Positions 43,063-52,925 of a stretch of 64,000 nucleotides of DNA are shown in pieces. The DNA comes from Planctomycetia bacterium (lineage in GTDB: Bacteria > Planctomycetota > Planctomycetia > Pirellulales > Thermoguttaceae): the NCBI GenBank assembly GCA_030527015.1, contig JAUNBR010000003.1, positions 28,624 to 92,623 on the forward strand, in the 5' to 3' direction. A model generated the notes under the pieces. The model was not told the DNA's origin, ran no database searches, and saw only the letters and a program-made list of their open reading frames with translations. A program made the translations under genes and the position numbers. Each line of letters starts with the position of its first letter. Position 1 is the first letter of the stretch.

Positions 43063-44250
43063 TTATTTATCATACCACAAATTTTGCTGTTTTTTACGAT
43101 ATTCTCCCGCCGTCATTTTCAGCTGACGTATGAAAACCGTATTCATATAAGAGGCACTACAAAATCCCGCACGTTTTGAAATCGTCTCAAGCGTTAAATC
43201 GGTTCCACTGAGTAATTCTTTGGCCCGGTGTAACTGTGTCTGTAAAATTTCATCTTTCAGTGTTCGTTTTAACACCAGCTGAAACTGCCTTTCCAGTGTA
43301 CGACGTACCACATTCAGTTCTCGCGCCAGGGCCTTCACGTTCAGTCCATGACACGCTTCTCGCTGAATGATTCTCAGAGCCTTTATCACGAGCGCATTTT
43401 CGATCGCCCAGGTATCTGTCGACTCTCGACATACCACCGAAATCGGTGAAACCTGTAAATGACGTTCCGGCATTTTTTCTCCGCGCATCATGGTATGGAG
43501 CATCAGCGCGGCCTGGTAACCCACCTGAAACGCATTCTGAGACACCGTCGTAAGACCAGGTGACGCCAGCATACAGTGAATTTCATCATCATCCACTCCC
43601 ACCACCGATAAATCATCCGGCACACGCAGTCCCACAGTCCTGCATGACTGTAAAACGTGTAAGCCCACTAAATCATCGCACGCCATAAGACCACACGGTT
43701 TCGGCAGATTCAGTAACCACTGTGGAAACGGCTTTTTTTTCTCCGTCCAGCACTGTGAAAGTTCTTGCTGAGAAAACTCAAAAACATGACATTCCCCTTT
43801 CACGTATTTTACAAAACTTGATTTCCGAAGTTCCGAAAACTTGCGTCCTCGAAGACCTACAAAAGCAAAATGTGGTAAAAACCGTTCTTTCAGATGCTCT
43901 GCCGCCATCCGGGATGTCTCCGCGTAATTCGAATGAACACTCGCCACCGACGGAGCGCTGTTATCTGATATATCCACCAGCGGTATCCCCCGCCCCTGGG
44001 CATGATGGACCGCATCTCCCATATCGCGAACGATAATTCCATCTCCACGCCATGCTTCCAGCCAAAACGGTGGCGGACTGCTCGGCCCCCGTTCCTCATA
44101 CGATATATCCCACGGACCATGCTCCTTTATATACTGCGTTATCCCCCTCATTAATGTCTTACTGTACGAATTAATTGTCTCCACAAGAATCGCCACCCTA
44201 AAATGACCTCGTCTTGACTTTCTCAGCGTCTTTTTTTTCTGTTTTTTCAT
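43063..44250 (-). CDS. XylR-like regulator (periplasmic-binding-protein-like sensor + AraC HTH)
   Basis: 395 aa. N-terminal LacI/PBP-type fold (VAILVE...) and a C-terminal AraC-type HTH (GF.S.SYM..VF....G.T..EYR). Confidence 0.85.
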   Translation of the reverse strand: MKKQKKKTLRKSRRGHFRVAILVETINSYSKTLMRGITQYIKEHGPWDISYEERGPSSPPPFWLEAWRGDGIIVRDMGDAVHHAQGRGIPLVDISDNSAPSVASVHSNYAETSRMAAEHLKERFLPHFAFVGLRGRKFSELRKSSFVKYVKGECHVFEFSQQELSQCWTEKKKPFPQWLLNLPKPCGLMACDDLVGLHVLQSCRTVGLRVPDDLSVVGVDDDEIHCMLASPGLTTVSQNAFQVGYQAALMLHTMMRGEKMPERHLQVSPISVVCRESTDTWAIENALVIKALRIIQREACHGLNVKALARELNVVRRTLERQFQLVLKRTLKDEILQTQLHRAKELLSGTDLTLETISKRAGFCSASYMNTVFIRQLKMTAGEYRKKQQNLWYDK

Positions 44251-44267
44251 CCCTTCTCACCTAAACA

Positions 44268-44372
44268 TATTCTCTGTTTCTACTTCCAATTTTCGTTTTG
44301 TACGGCTCTGAACGCAGACATTTCAGTGACACAAAATGCTGCGAAAACGAATTTTTTAGTAGATCGGGTTAC
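44268..44372 (-). repeat. SIR105 degenerate copy
   Basis: ...CTACTTCCAATTTTCGTTTTGTACGGCTCTGAACGCAGACATTTCAGTGACACAAAATGC...CGAATTTTTTAGTAGATCGGGTTA. Confidence 0.55.
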
Positions 44373-44460
44373 GTCCCCAATTCTTTTCATTTCCCCTTCT
44401 CCGACTCAATAAACACCGATGCTCCATACCCTCTTAATGGCTCACTTCATTTCACGGTTT

Positions 44461-44567
44461 TATATCTGATGCACTATAAAATTCCGCTTCCTCGGCATTT
44501 TTGCTTCGCTGAAAATGCCTGCATTCAGAACCGCACAAAATGGAAATTTAAAATGGAATCAGGTATA
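44461..44567 (+). repeat. SIR105 full copy
   Basis: Near-consensus copy: TATATCTGATGCACTATAAAATTCCGCTTCCTCGGCATTTTTGCTTCGCTGAAAATGCC...GGAAATTTAAAATGGAATCAGGTATA. Confidence 0.95.
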
Positions 44568-44637
44568 TTATACATTCTCCACCATTATACTCGTTTTTTA
44601 TTTTTAGAAAAAGGTTTAACATAAAAATATTTCCAAA

Positions 44638-44745
44638 TATACTGTTTTTCCTTTAAATTTTCATTTTATTCGGCCACGAAAGCCAGCATTTTCAGTTAAA
44701 AGTAAAAAATGCTGGAAAATGGAAATTTATAGTGTCTCGGATATA
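44638..44745 (-). repeat. SIR105 full copy, diverged
   Basis: TATACTGTTTTTCCTTTAAATTTTCATTTTATTCGGCCACGAAAGCCAGCATTTTCAG...ATGGAAATTTATAGTGTCTCGGATATA. Confidence 0.8.
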
Positions 44746-44788
44746 AAAAGTGAATCATTTAGTTAAAATCAGAAAATGTGGAAATAAT

Positions 44789-45997
44789 TTAAGGACAGGA
44801 AATGTTATTTCGCAGAAACTGGCAGGTTTCACGGAGATTCGTTCCATGAGAAAAAAGTCCGCCACCGATCAGAAGCATGACGTCTGTTCCATAAGTTTCG
44901 AGCATTCGGTTCACGTTTTCGATTTTCATTCCGCCAGCAGGACAGGGAAAAATGGGAGAAAGGTGCGCCATTTTTTGTGTTGCCGCGGCGGCGATTTCTT
45001 TACATTCCTGGTGTGAAAAGGAAAATCGGCCTCCAAAATTTGGGAAGATCGTGGCGTCCGCACCCGACAGACGCGCGATTTGGCCGAAAAGGCATCCGTG
45101 AGAGATTCCGGCAGTATTTAAGACGAAAGAACCGAGAAAAGCGGGGTGCATGAAAATAGGCAGTGAAAAGTCGGGGTCTGATGAAAGTTCGCGCAAAATA
45201 TCGAAACCAGTCAGGCCAGGTGAAATAAGAACTCCACCGGCACCACATTCTTGGGCATAACGGGCACGACGGATTATTTCAGAATGCGGCGCGGTAATAT
45301 TCGGGACATAAATGCTGCGGTAACCCGTTTCGTCGTTCGCACGGCGAATGGCTGCGGTACAGGCAGTGACACGCTGAGAGAAGGGAGAAAAAGTCTGATT
45401 ACTGATGCCGTGATCGTCTTTAATGATGTCCATTCCGCCGCGTGCAAAATCGTAAGCCAGAGAGGCCAGATCTTCAGCGGAAAGTCCCTGTGGTTTCAGA
45501 GCGGTAAAAAGCAGCGGACGCCCATGAACCTGCAAAAGATTACGTATTCCTGTGATTCCGAATCGCGGGCCAGGAAAATGCTGGATGAGATTTTCCGAAA
45601 GATTCAGAGAAAGAACACGAATCCCGGGTTTAATGCTAATATTTCCGTAAACGACATTTAACAGCTGAGGAAGCTCTGGTGTCAGAACTTCATCCGCAAA
45701 ACTGATGCGGACTTTCGCGGTCACTTTCGGTGGCACCGGCACGGAGTGAGGAATACCAAGAAAATTTTCGGAGTCATTTTCATATTCCAGTGATACGATC
45801 TGTCCCAGAATTTTTTCAGGAATCTCGCCGGGGGGTAATAAATTTACGGGAAACTCCACCGTCTGCTCTGCGCAAATATCCAGCGCTTTTTTATGAAGTT
45901 CTTCGGGCGTATCTGCGGTGATGGAATATGTTATCTGACTGCGGGAACCAGAAAGTTGGGCGGATAAAGCATGGTTACAAAAAGTTTCAAAAAACAT
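44789..45997 (-). CDS. RuBisCO large-subunit-like protein (form IV, RLP)
   Basis: ALKPQGLS, GGMDIIKDDHG and LLIGGGLFSHG blocks align by eye with RuBisCO KPKLGLS, GG.DF.KDDE and GGG..HP. I prefer the ATG at 45997 (MFFETF). The longer track ORF runs into a repeat copy. Confidence 0.8.
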   Translation of the reverse strand: MFFETFCNHALSAQLSGSRSQITYSITADTPEELHKKALDICAEQTVEFPVNLLPPGEIPEKILGQIVSLEYENDSENFLGIPHSVPVPPKVTAKVRISFADEVLTPELPQLLNVVYGNISIKPGIRVLSLNLSENLIQHFPGPRFGITGIRNLLQVHGRPLLFTALKPQGLSAEDLASLAYDFARGGMDIIKDDHGISNQTFSPFSQRVTACTAAIRRANDETGYRSIYVPNITAPHSEIIRRARYAQECGAGGVLISPGLTGFDILRELSSDPDFSLPIFMHPAFLGSFVLNTAGISHGCLFGQIARLSGADATIFPNFGGRFSFSHQECKEIAAAATQKMAHLSPIFPCPAGGMKIENVNRMLETYGTDVMLLIGGGLFSHGTNLRETCQFLRNNISCP

Positions 45998-46058
45998 GAA
46001 TCTTAGATAAAAATAAAAAGTAATTTTAGCACACAAGAAAATCTTAATTTTCAGATAA

Positions 46059-46166
46059 TATACCCGATGCATTATAAAATTCCACTTTTCTGGCATTTTT
46101 ACTTTTCGCTGAAAACATGTGCTTTTAGCGCGGTAAAAAACGGAAATTTAAAGCAGAATCATTATA
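46059..46166 (+). repeat. SIR105 full copy, diverged
   Basis: TATACCCGATGCATTATAAAATTCCACTTTTCTGGCATTTTTAC...AAAAACGGAAATTTAAAGCAGAATCATTATA. Confidence 0.8.
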
Positions 46167-46189
46167 AATTTACAGTAGAATCGAGTATT

Positions 46190-46293
46190 TATACCCGATA
46201 CATATAAATTTCCGCTTCCCCGGCATTTTGCTTCGCTGAAAATGCCTGCTTTCCGAGCAGCACAAAACGGAAATTTAAAGTGGGACCAGTATA
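46190..46293 (+). repeat. SIR105 full copy
   Basis: Near-consensus copy: TATACCCGATACATATAAATTTCCGCTTCCCCGGCATTTTGCTTCGCTGAAAATGCC...GGAAATTTAAAGTGGGACCAGTATA. Confidence 0.95.
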
Positions 46294-46310
46294 CCAGAGA
46301 CATAATTTTA

Positions 46311-48497
46311 TTATCTGCCAGAGAAATTATCTTCTGGATTTACCATATCCGGATGAAGATCAGGGTTTTCTTCCATTTTACGTAAAACATTAAAAATGGT
46401 TTCGATAAACGTCTTTTCTGTGTATGGTGTGCCGACAGTTTTAGAATATTTGAAAGATTCCATCGTATTCTTAATAACATGGGGGGAATCCCAATCTAAA
46501 AGTTCGCGGACAATCACAATTGGCGGTCTATGATCTGGGTATAATTCCCGAATATCATTAATAAAAGCGGTCTTTTGCTGATAATCAGTAATATCCGTCA
46601 CGGCGACTAACAAAAGGAGGTATGGCCTGTTGGCCAGCGAATGCTGAATTGACTCCAGCGCGTGTCTTCCTGAAAAAACGACATCCAGTTCACATCCCCT
46701 GCGGTGGAGAATTTCACGTAAAGTGTCGACATCTCGATTTTTAGGATCCACTAATAAAACATGCTGACCAAAAAGCACTCCAGAAACTCTTTTAACCGCT
46801 TCGATGAGCGTATCTGCATCCGAGGGAAGAACGACTCGCTGGCTTTCTGAAAAATTTTTGTTGGCATAAGAGATAAATTGTTCCGTGGCCTGCGAATCAC
46901 TTTTCTGCAGGAAAACAAAAGGGGGAATCATATTTGCGTCGGCATAAATCTCTTCCACTTCCTGGGTAAAATCGATCACGCTTTCATAATCAGAAAGTCC
47001 TTCTATATTTAGAAGAATCGTATAAAAAAATTCGTCATTAGTAAATGAGTTATGTAGCCAAGTAATGGCTTTTTGTCCAGATTCTGTGAAGTATACCTCC
47101 ATTCCATTTAGGGAGAGAATATTCCGAATTTCTTCATTATATTCATGGGAAGAATCGACATACAGGACACGGTTTCTGTCTTCGGAAACCGCTTCCAGAT
47201 TAGCGGGCAAAACCTTCCCATTACTCATCTGGTTCCCGATATGATGAATTAATCCTTCCACCTCTTTCGCATTTCGCATGATGGTATGTAACTGTAATTC
47301 GGCATTTACGATATTTTGCACGAAGGGATATAACAGCTGAGAGGCCTTTAAAATATTATTAACAGGAAGCGCGATCGTTCGGTGAATTGTTTCCACACTG
47401 GTCTGCTGGGTATGTTTTTGTTCTTCTTTTAAAAGGTGAAACGTATTCATGGCCACGGCGATATCCCGGGCAAAAATTTCCATATACATCTGGTCTGTTG
47501 TCGTAAATGCGCCGGGGCGCGTACTTTCCACATTTAAAACGCCCAATAATGTTTTCTGAAAGAGAATGGGAACAGTCAGAGAAGAGCAGGAATTAATTCC
47601 ACCAGGAAGATAATGAATATCGTGAGAAATGTCAGTGCATAAATAACTTTTTTTTGTCGCGGCGACGTAACCTATAATGCCGTACCCATGATGACTGATT
47701 TTTACTGTGCGATTCTGAATTTCAGGTGTCATTCCGTACTGGAGAATCAGGTCTAGCTGATTTGTCTCGGGGTTTAATTCCCGTAACTCCAGCATTTCGT
47801 ATTTTAATAATTGTTTTGCGGTCTGAAGAATTCCATCCGTCAGCAGCTCAAATTGCTGCTGGCGAGTAAGTTCCTGAATGTCACATGGTTCCAGTTCATT
47901 CAGATGGTTCCCGTGATCGTGTAATAAATGAAGTTTTTTAATCTGTTCATGGGTGGGCGTAACATCCAAAATCGTAATGAGTAAAAAATCTTTAGGAGGG
48001 TTTAAATTTGGTTTCCATGGAGAAACTTCCATTTCAAAAAACCGGTCAGAAGCATCATGAAATTTACATAAGACAGTCTGGTCGGTTTCTCGCGCTTCTT
48101 TAGTAGGAACAAGAATCGGTTTCTCGAATTCTGGGTTATCAAATAAATTAAAAAAATCTTGATGCAGTAATTCCTTTTCGGGCATACGCAGTAAAGTTTC
48201 TGCGTATTTATTGTTCCAGATGACTTCATCCTGAGCGTCAAGAATAAGTACGGCGACAGAAATACTATTTAAAATTTGTTTTGCACGTTCATTTCTTTGC
48301 TGCAGCTGGGCCCACAGCTTTAACTGTTTTCCGGAGATGATACAATAATCATGATCTTCCATGTTTTCAGGAAGAGGAACGTTTCCCGATGTATCTTGAA
48401 TAGGTATGTGGGTAATGTCAAAATTTGAAGTGAATAATGGATGGTCATTTTGGGAATGGTGAGTATCTGCAAGAAAGAATAGATTTCTGATATTCAT
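46311..48497 (-). CDS. PAS-GAF sensor protein with two receiver-like domains, no recognisable output domain
   Basis: PAS-like ISVAVLILDAQDEVIWNN. GAF-like GIIGYVAATKKSYLC.D...D...LPG...SSLTVPI....LLGVLNVES. Two CheY-like blocks (RVLYVDSS..., HVLLVDPK...). I prefer the ATG at 48497; the track start at 48566 is GTG. Confidence 0.7.
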   Translation of the reverse strand: MNIRNLFFLADTHHSQNDHPLFTSNFDITHIPIQDTSGNVPLPENMEDHDYCIISGKQLKLWAQLQQRNERAKQILNSISVAVLILDAQDEVIWNNKYAETLLRMPEKELLHQDFFNLFDNPEFEKPILVPTKEARETDQTVLCKFHDASDRFFEMEVSPWKPNLNPPKDFLLITILDVTPTHEQIKKLHLLHDHGNHLNELEPCDIQELTRQQQFELLTDGILQTAKQLLKYEMLELRELNPETNQLDLILQYGMTPEIQNRTVKISHHGYGIIGYVAATKKSYLCTDISHDIHYLPGGINSCSSLTVPILFQKTLLGVLNVESTRPGAFTTTDQMYMEIFARDIAVAMNTFHLLKEEQKHTQQTSVETIHRTIALPVNNILKASQLLYPFVQNIVNAELQLHTIMRNAKEVEGLIHHIGNQMSNGKVLPANLEAVSEDRNRVLYVDSSHEYNEEIRNILSLNGMEVYFTESGQKAITWLHNSFTNDEFFYTILLNIEGLSDYESVIDFTQEVEEIYADANMIPPFVFLQKSDSQATEQFISYANKNFSESQRVVLPSDADTLIEAVKRVSGVLFGQHVLLVDPKNRDVDTLREILHRRGCELDVVFSGRHALESIQHSLANRPYLLLLVAVTDITDYQQKTAFINDIRELYPDHRPPIVIVRELLDWDSPHVIKNTMESFKYSKTVGTPYTEKTFIETIFNVLRKMEENPDLHPDMVNPEDNFSGR

Positions 48498-49016
48498 ATT
48501 TTGCCCTGTGTATTTCCTGAAATATAAAACTAAAATGAGGACATTACGCGTACATGCTGGTCTCACACAAAATTTTAGCTTCTGCTGTACAAAATGGAAA
48601 TTTAGAATGTGTGACCAAGAACGGAAGAATTCCTTATAGCATACCAGCTACTTGACTTTTTTTCAACTGTTTTTTATAAATAATCTTAGTTTTTTATAAA
48701 TTTTATTTTTTTATATTATAATAATGTAGGATAAATTGAGAGGATATGTAAAGTAGTATATACTTTTTTACACGAGTCGATTTTTGTTTTTCATTTCGTT
48801 TTAAGAGAGATGATCTTTTTTATGCGTAATGACATTTTATTTTTTTAGTATTTTGTGTTACGGAAAGAATTCTGTGCTTTTGTGACTTTAAAACTGAAAT
48901 TTAAGGAGGGACCAGCGATAAAAGTTAAAATGAAACAGAGATAAATGGTGAGTGGTGTACAAAAAGAAACTTTGAAAGATGGAATAAAAATTTGAAAAAA
49001 CAGAAATGAGGTCTTC

Positions 49017-50027
49017 ATGCTAAATCTGGTTACAGGACCGGGTGGTTTTTTGGGACGGTACATTACGGAACAATTACTTTCTCGGGGTCAGAAAGTACGG
49101 GGTTTCTCGCGGGGGGATTATCCATACTTACAGGCCATGGGAGTGGAAATGGTCCGTGGAGATATTTCGGATGCTCAAAAATTGGAAGAAGCATGTCGGG
49201 GTGTGGATACGATTTATCATGTGGCAGGATTATGTGGAATCGGAGAGCCGTGGGAGCGGTTTTATCGTACGAATACGTATGGTACGCACTGTCTGCTGGA
49301 GGCAGCCAGAAAAGCAGGGGTAAAAAAGTTTATTTATACCAGCAGTTCCAGTGTATCTTTTGATGGATATGATCAGAAAAACGTAACGGTGGAGCCGGTT
49401 TACCCCACACGCTGGTTATGTCATTATTCGCACAGTAAAGCTCTTGCGGAACAGGAAGTGTTACAGATGAATGGAAAGGACGGTCTGCTGACCTGTTCCC
49501 TGCGGCCACATCTGGTGTGGGGACCGAGAGATAATTCTCTGATTCCGCGTCTTATTTCCAGGGCAGCTGCTGGAAGTCTAAAACGGGTGGGGTCAGGTAA
49601 AAATCTGGTGGATATGATTTATGTAGAAAACGCGGCGGCCGCACATCTTCAGGCGGCGGACGCTCTGGCGGTAAATTCTCCGGTGGCTGGAAATGTGTAT
49701 TTTCTTTCTCATGGTCAGCCGGTAAATTGTTGGGAATGGATCGACGAACTTTTGGAAATTTACCAGTTACCGCCGGTAAAACATCAGATTTCGTATGCGG
49801 CTGCATGGAGTGCCGGCTGGTTTTTTGAAAAAATATGGAAAATATTCTCGTGGGAAACTGATCCGCCCATGACGCGCTTTTTAGCAGGACAGCTGGCGAA
49901 AGATCATTATTATGATATTTCACCGGCAAAACGAGATTTCGGTTTTTCTCCCACGATTACAAAAGAACAGGGAATGGAGGCGCTAAAAAAAGAATTCTCG
50001 AAAACGAAAGGTGTGCCATTTTCATGA
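49017..50027 (+). CDS. NAD-dependent epimerase/dehydratase, 3-beta-hydroxysteroid dehydrogenase family
   Basis: VTGPGGFLGRYI Rossmann motif and YSHSK catalytic motif. Confidence 0.85.
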   Translation: MLNLVTGPGGFLGRYITEQLLSRGQKVRGFSRGDYPYLQAMGVEMVRGDISDAQKLEEACRGVDTIYHVAGLCGIGEPWERFYRTNTYGTHCLLEAARKAGVKKFIYTSSSSVSFDGYDQKNVTVEPVYPTRWLCHYSHSKALAEQEVLQMNGKDGLLTCSLRPHLVWGPRDNSLIPRLISRAAAGSLKRVGSGKNLVDMIYVENAAAAHLQAADALAVNSPVAGNVYFLSHGQPVNCWEWIDELLEIYQLPPVKHQISYAAAWSAGWFFEKIWKIFSWETDPPMTRFLAGQLAKDHYYDISPAKRDFGFSPTITKEQGMEALKKEFSKTKGVPFS

Positions 50028-50162
50028 TTAGTGAGAATTTTCGGAATCCATATCACACGGTACGAAAAATGTATGTATGATACACTGTGAATTTTTACTT
50101 CTCTGAATATATCCGTGTATAATCATTAAAAATGGAAATGAGAAACATGATATGTACGTATT

Positions 50163-50268
50163 TATACTGGTTCCAATTTAAAATTTCGTTTTGTGCGGCT
50201 CTGAAAGCAGGCTTTTTCAGCGAAGCAAAAAAGCCGGTGAAGCTGAATTTTATAATGTATCGGGTATA
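50163..50268 (-). repeat. SIR105 full copy, subfamily B
   Basis: Almost identical to 38005-38110. Carries CAGGCTTTTTCAGCGAAGCAAAAAAGCCGG and GCTGAATTTTATAATGTATCGGGTATA. Confidence 0.95.
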
Positions 50269-50357
50269 ATAGTCTTTCTTTTAAATAAACGGTGAGTGCC
50301 TGAATGAGATTTTTCATATCACGCGTCCCGCAGAAGCACAGTTTTCTGAAGTAACGA

Positions 50358-50391
50358 AAAATGAAAAAGCACGAAACGGAGTGTTTCGTGC
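50358..50391 (-). terminator. intrinsic terminator downstream of zinc metallopeptidase gene
   Basis: GCACGAAAC (50369-50377) pairs with GTTTCGTGC (50383-50391). On the minus strand it is followed by TTTTTCATTTTT. Confidence 0.65.
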
Positions 50392-50463
50392 CCGACGAAA
50401 TAATCATATATTCTGTACTGTAAATCATTTTCAGAGTAAAATGAAGTCCGGAATGAAATCAGG

Positions 50464-51162
50464 TCACTCACCACGAGGTAAAAGAAGGTAAACCAGGGTC
50501 ATAATACTCTGGAGAGTAGCGGCGACATAAGTCATCGCGGCGGCACGTAAAACGCGATTTACACTGCCGAGAGCATCTGAGGTAAAAATACCCATATTCG
50601 CCAGTTCGGCTTTTGCACGTGTGCTGGCATTAAATTCCACAGGTAAATTGATAATCTGGAAAAAGACGACAGCTGAAAAAAGGACGATTCCGGCCAAGAT
50701 AAGAGGCGGAAAGGAAAAGAGGATGCCTAAAATGAACATCCAGATACCCGCACCACTTCCAAAACCCGCCAGCGGAACGACAAGATTTCGGATGGTTAAG
50801 GGGGCGTACTTATGAGCGTGCTGAAGGGCGTGGCCCGCTTCGTGAGCCGCGACTCCCACGGCGGAGGCGGTAAATCCATGATAAACTTCTGGACTGAGGC
50901 GTAAAACTCGGGCAGAAGGGTCATAATGATCTGATAATGTGCCTTCCACCTGCTCGATCGCGACATCCATTAAACCCGCATTATCCAAAATCCGTCGCGC
51001 GGCCTGCGCTCCGGAGATGGAAGTCGGATGGCTCTGCCCAGACATAAACGCGGATTTCACCCATACTTGAGCCAGGAGTCCTAAAAGAAGAAATGGACCG
51101 ACCAAAATAAAATAAAGCGGATCCAAAACAATAAACGAAAAAATGGGGATTCCTGTAAACAT
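50464..51162 (-). CDS. zinc metallopeptidase (Zn_peptidase_2 / YugP-like)
   Basis: HEAGHALQH motif, membrane segments and AAGGAG RBS. Confidence 0.85.
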   Translation of the reverse strand: MFTGIPIFSFIVLDPLYFILVGPFLLLGLLAQVWVKSAFMSGQSHPTSISGAQAARRILDNAGLMDVAIEQVEGTLSDHYDPSARVLRLSPEVYHGFTASAVGVAAHEAGHALQHAHKYAPLTIRNLVVPLAGFGSGAGIWMFILGILFSFPPLILAGIVLFSAVVFFQIINLPVEFNASTRAKAELANMGIFTSDALGSVNRVLRAAAMTYVAATLQSIMTLVYLLLPRGE

Positions 51163-51485
51163 ACGAAAGTCTCCTTAAAAAAGAATTTTAATTGTGTAAA
51201 AAAAGAAATGACAAGTATTCTTATTCTAACAAAAAATCAGTATGCTGGCAAGAGGTGATTTAAAATCGCGTGTTTCAGTACCGTTTTAAATCTTATTTTT
51301 GAAATTTCCGCGACAATTAGCTATAATAGGTGCCAAAATATTAGCATATTCATGATTATGAAAAAGTGAACGAGTAAATGGAGGATATTTACGGAATAAC
51401 ATAAAGTGATGTGCGAAAAAATATCGTTTCCGTGGTAATCCCTGGAATAACTGACGACATACGCCTATTTATATATTACGGATTT

Positions 51486-51592
51486 TATACTGGTTCTGCT
51501 TTAAAATTCCGTTTTATACGGTTCTGAAAGGAGGCTTTTTCAGCGAAAGTAAAAATGCCGGAGAAGCGGAAATTCATAGTGTATCGGGTATA
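51486..51592 (-). repeat. SIR105 full copy
   Basis: TATACTGGTTCTGCTTTAAAATTCCGTTTTATACGGTTCTGAAAGGAGGCTTTTTCAGCGAAAGTAAAAATGCC...TCATAGTGTATCGGGTATA. Confidence 0.9.
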
Positions 51593-51652
51593 AATCATTT
51601 TTGTTGAAAAAATGATTTAAAACTTAATTAGAGAAAAAAGGTTATGCACAGG

Positions 51653-51756
51653 CATACTGACTCCCCATTAAATTTTCAGTTTTCGTGACGAAAAGCTCGG
51701 TGTTTTCCATGAAGAAAAATGTTTGGGAAAATGAAAATTTACCATGAACCAGATAA
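51653..51756 (-). repeat. SIR105 degenerate copy
   Basis: CATACTGACTCCCCATTAAATTTTCAGTTTTCGTGACG...ATGAAAATTTACCATGAACCAGATAA. Confidence 0.45.
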
Positions 51757-51813
51757 AAAATATAAATGAAAAAGTTTTATGCTGGTCAGATTTCGAATTT
51801 TAAGGAAATTTGC

Positions 51814-52509
51814 TCATATCCGCCCATTTTGCTGCGAAGTTCCTCTGAAAATGAGTAGGATATAATACAGAAGTGTCATGACGATTTGGAGCGTCGCCGC
51901 GATATAAGTCATGGCGGCAGCATTCAGTACCCGACTTACATGAAACTGCGCATCTTGAGAAAAAGCACCCATGTTAGCCAGCTGGGTTTTTGCACGAGAA
52001 CTGGCGTTAAATTCCACAGGTAAATTAATAATTTGAAATAAAACAGCAGCAGAAAAAAAGATTAAACCCGTTACCGCGAGAGGTTTCAGGGATATGATTA
52101 GTCCGAGGAAAAACATAATTAAACCGAGATTACTCCCGAAACCCGCAGCAGGAACGATTAAATTACGGAGTTTCAGAGGAAGATAATTCGTGGCGTGCTG
52201 CAGTGCATGGCCCGCTTCATGGGCAGCGACACCCACGGCGGAAGCGTCATAATTATTATAAACATCAGGACTTAATCGCAGAACCCGAGCTGTGGGATCA
52301 TAATGATCGGAAAGTGTTCCGGAAATCATTTCGATTTTTATATGATGTAAGCCGGCTTTATCTAAAATTTTTCGTGCTGTCTGATAACCGGATAAAACGG
52401 TATGATATTTTTGTCCAGATATAAAAGCAGATCTTACCCATGCCTGAGCGAAGATGCCTAAAAGAAAAAATGGACCGACAAGAATGAAATAAATGGGGTC
52501 TAATATCAT
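51814..52509 (-). CDS. zinc metallopeptidase (Zn_peptidase_2 / YugP-like), paralogue
   Basis: Collinear with 50464-51162: same HEAGHALQH, INLPVEFNAS and AAMTY.AATLQ blocks. Confidence 0.85.
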   Translation of the reverse strand: MILDPIYFILVGPFFLLGIFAQAWVRSAFISGQKYHTVLSGYQTARKILDKAGLHHIKIEMISGTLSDHYDPTARVLRLSPDVYNNYDASAVGVAAHEAGHALQHATNYLPLKLRNLIVPAAGFGSNLGLIMFFLGLIISLKPLAVTGLIFFSAAVLFQIINLPVEFNASSRAKTQLANMGAFSQDAQFHVSRVLNAAAMTYIAATLQIVMTLLYYILLIFRGTSQQNGRI

Positions 52510-52588
52510 TTTTGAAATTCCTTCAGAAATAAAGTGATAAAAAATGAAAAAAATAATGATTTTCTAATATGAATGTGTGATTCCATTT

Positions 52589-52693
52589 CCTGACCGACAC
52601 ACGAGAAATTTCCACTTACTCAGTATTTTTTTCGCTGAAAATGCCTGGCTTTCAGAGCCGCACAAAACGGAAATTTAATGTGGAACCAGTATA
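52589..52693 (+). repeat. SIR105 full copy (left end diverged)
   Basis: ...GACCGACACACGAGAAATTTCCACTTAC...CGCTGAAAATGCCTGGCTTTCAGAGCCGCACAAAACGGAAATTTAATGTGGAACCAGTATA. Confidence 0.8.
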
Positions 52694-52808
52694 TTATAGA
52701 GGAAATCAAAATTTGAAGAGGAAATGAAATAAAAAAATGAAATGGGTGCTTGAAGAGAAAAGTTGGCCGAGATATAATAAATAATGAGAAAGAAGAGACG
52801 TATTTTTT

Positions 52809-52897
52809 GGATGACACATTAATAAATTTCCACTTTCTCGACATTTTCAGTGAAGTAAAAATGCCGGTGTGAGTAAAATTCACAGTATATCGGCCAA
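52809..52897. repeat. SIR105 palindromised short derivative
   Basis: GATGACACATTAATAAATTTCCACTTTCTCGACATTTTCAGTGAAGTAAAAATGCCGGTGTGAGTAAAATTCACAGTATATCGGCC. Left arm, loop and inverted left arm. Confidence 0.5.
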
Positions 52898-52925
52898 ACA
52901 TCATTTATATTTAAAAGGACAAAAT

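Noticed and set aside
48652-48680. TTGACT-17-TATAAA as a promoter for the gene at 49017
   Set aside because: It lies in a very AT-rich tract where such matches arise by chance, and it is more than 330 nt from the start codon. The support is too weak to list as a feature.
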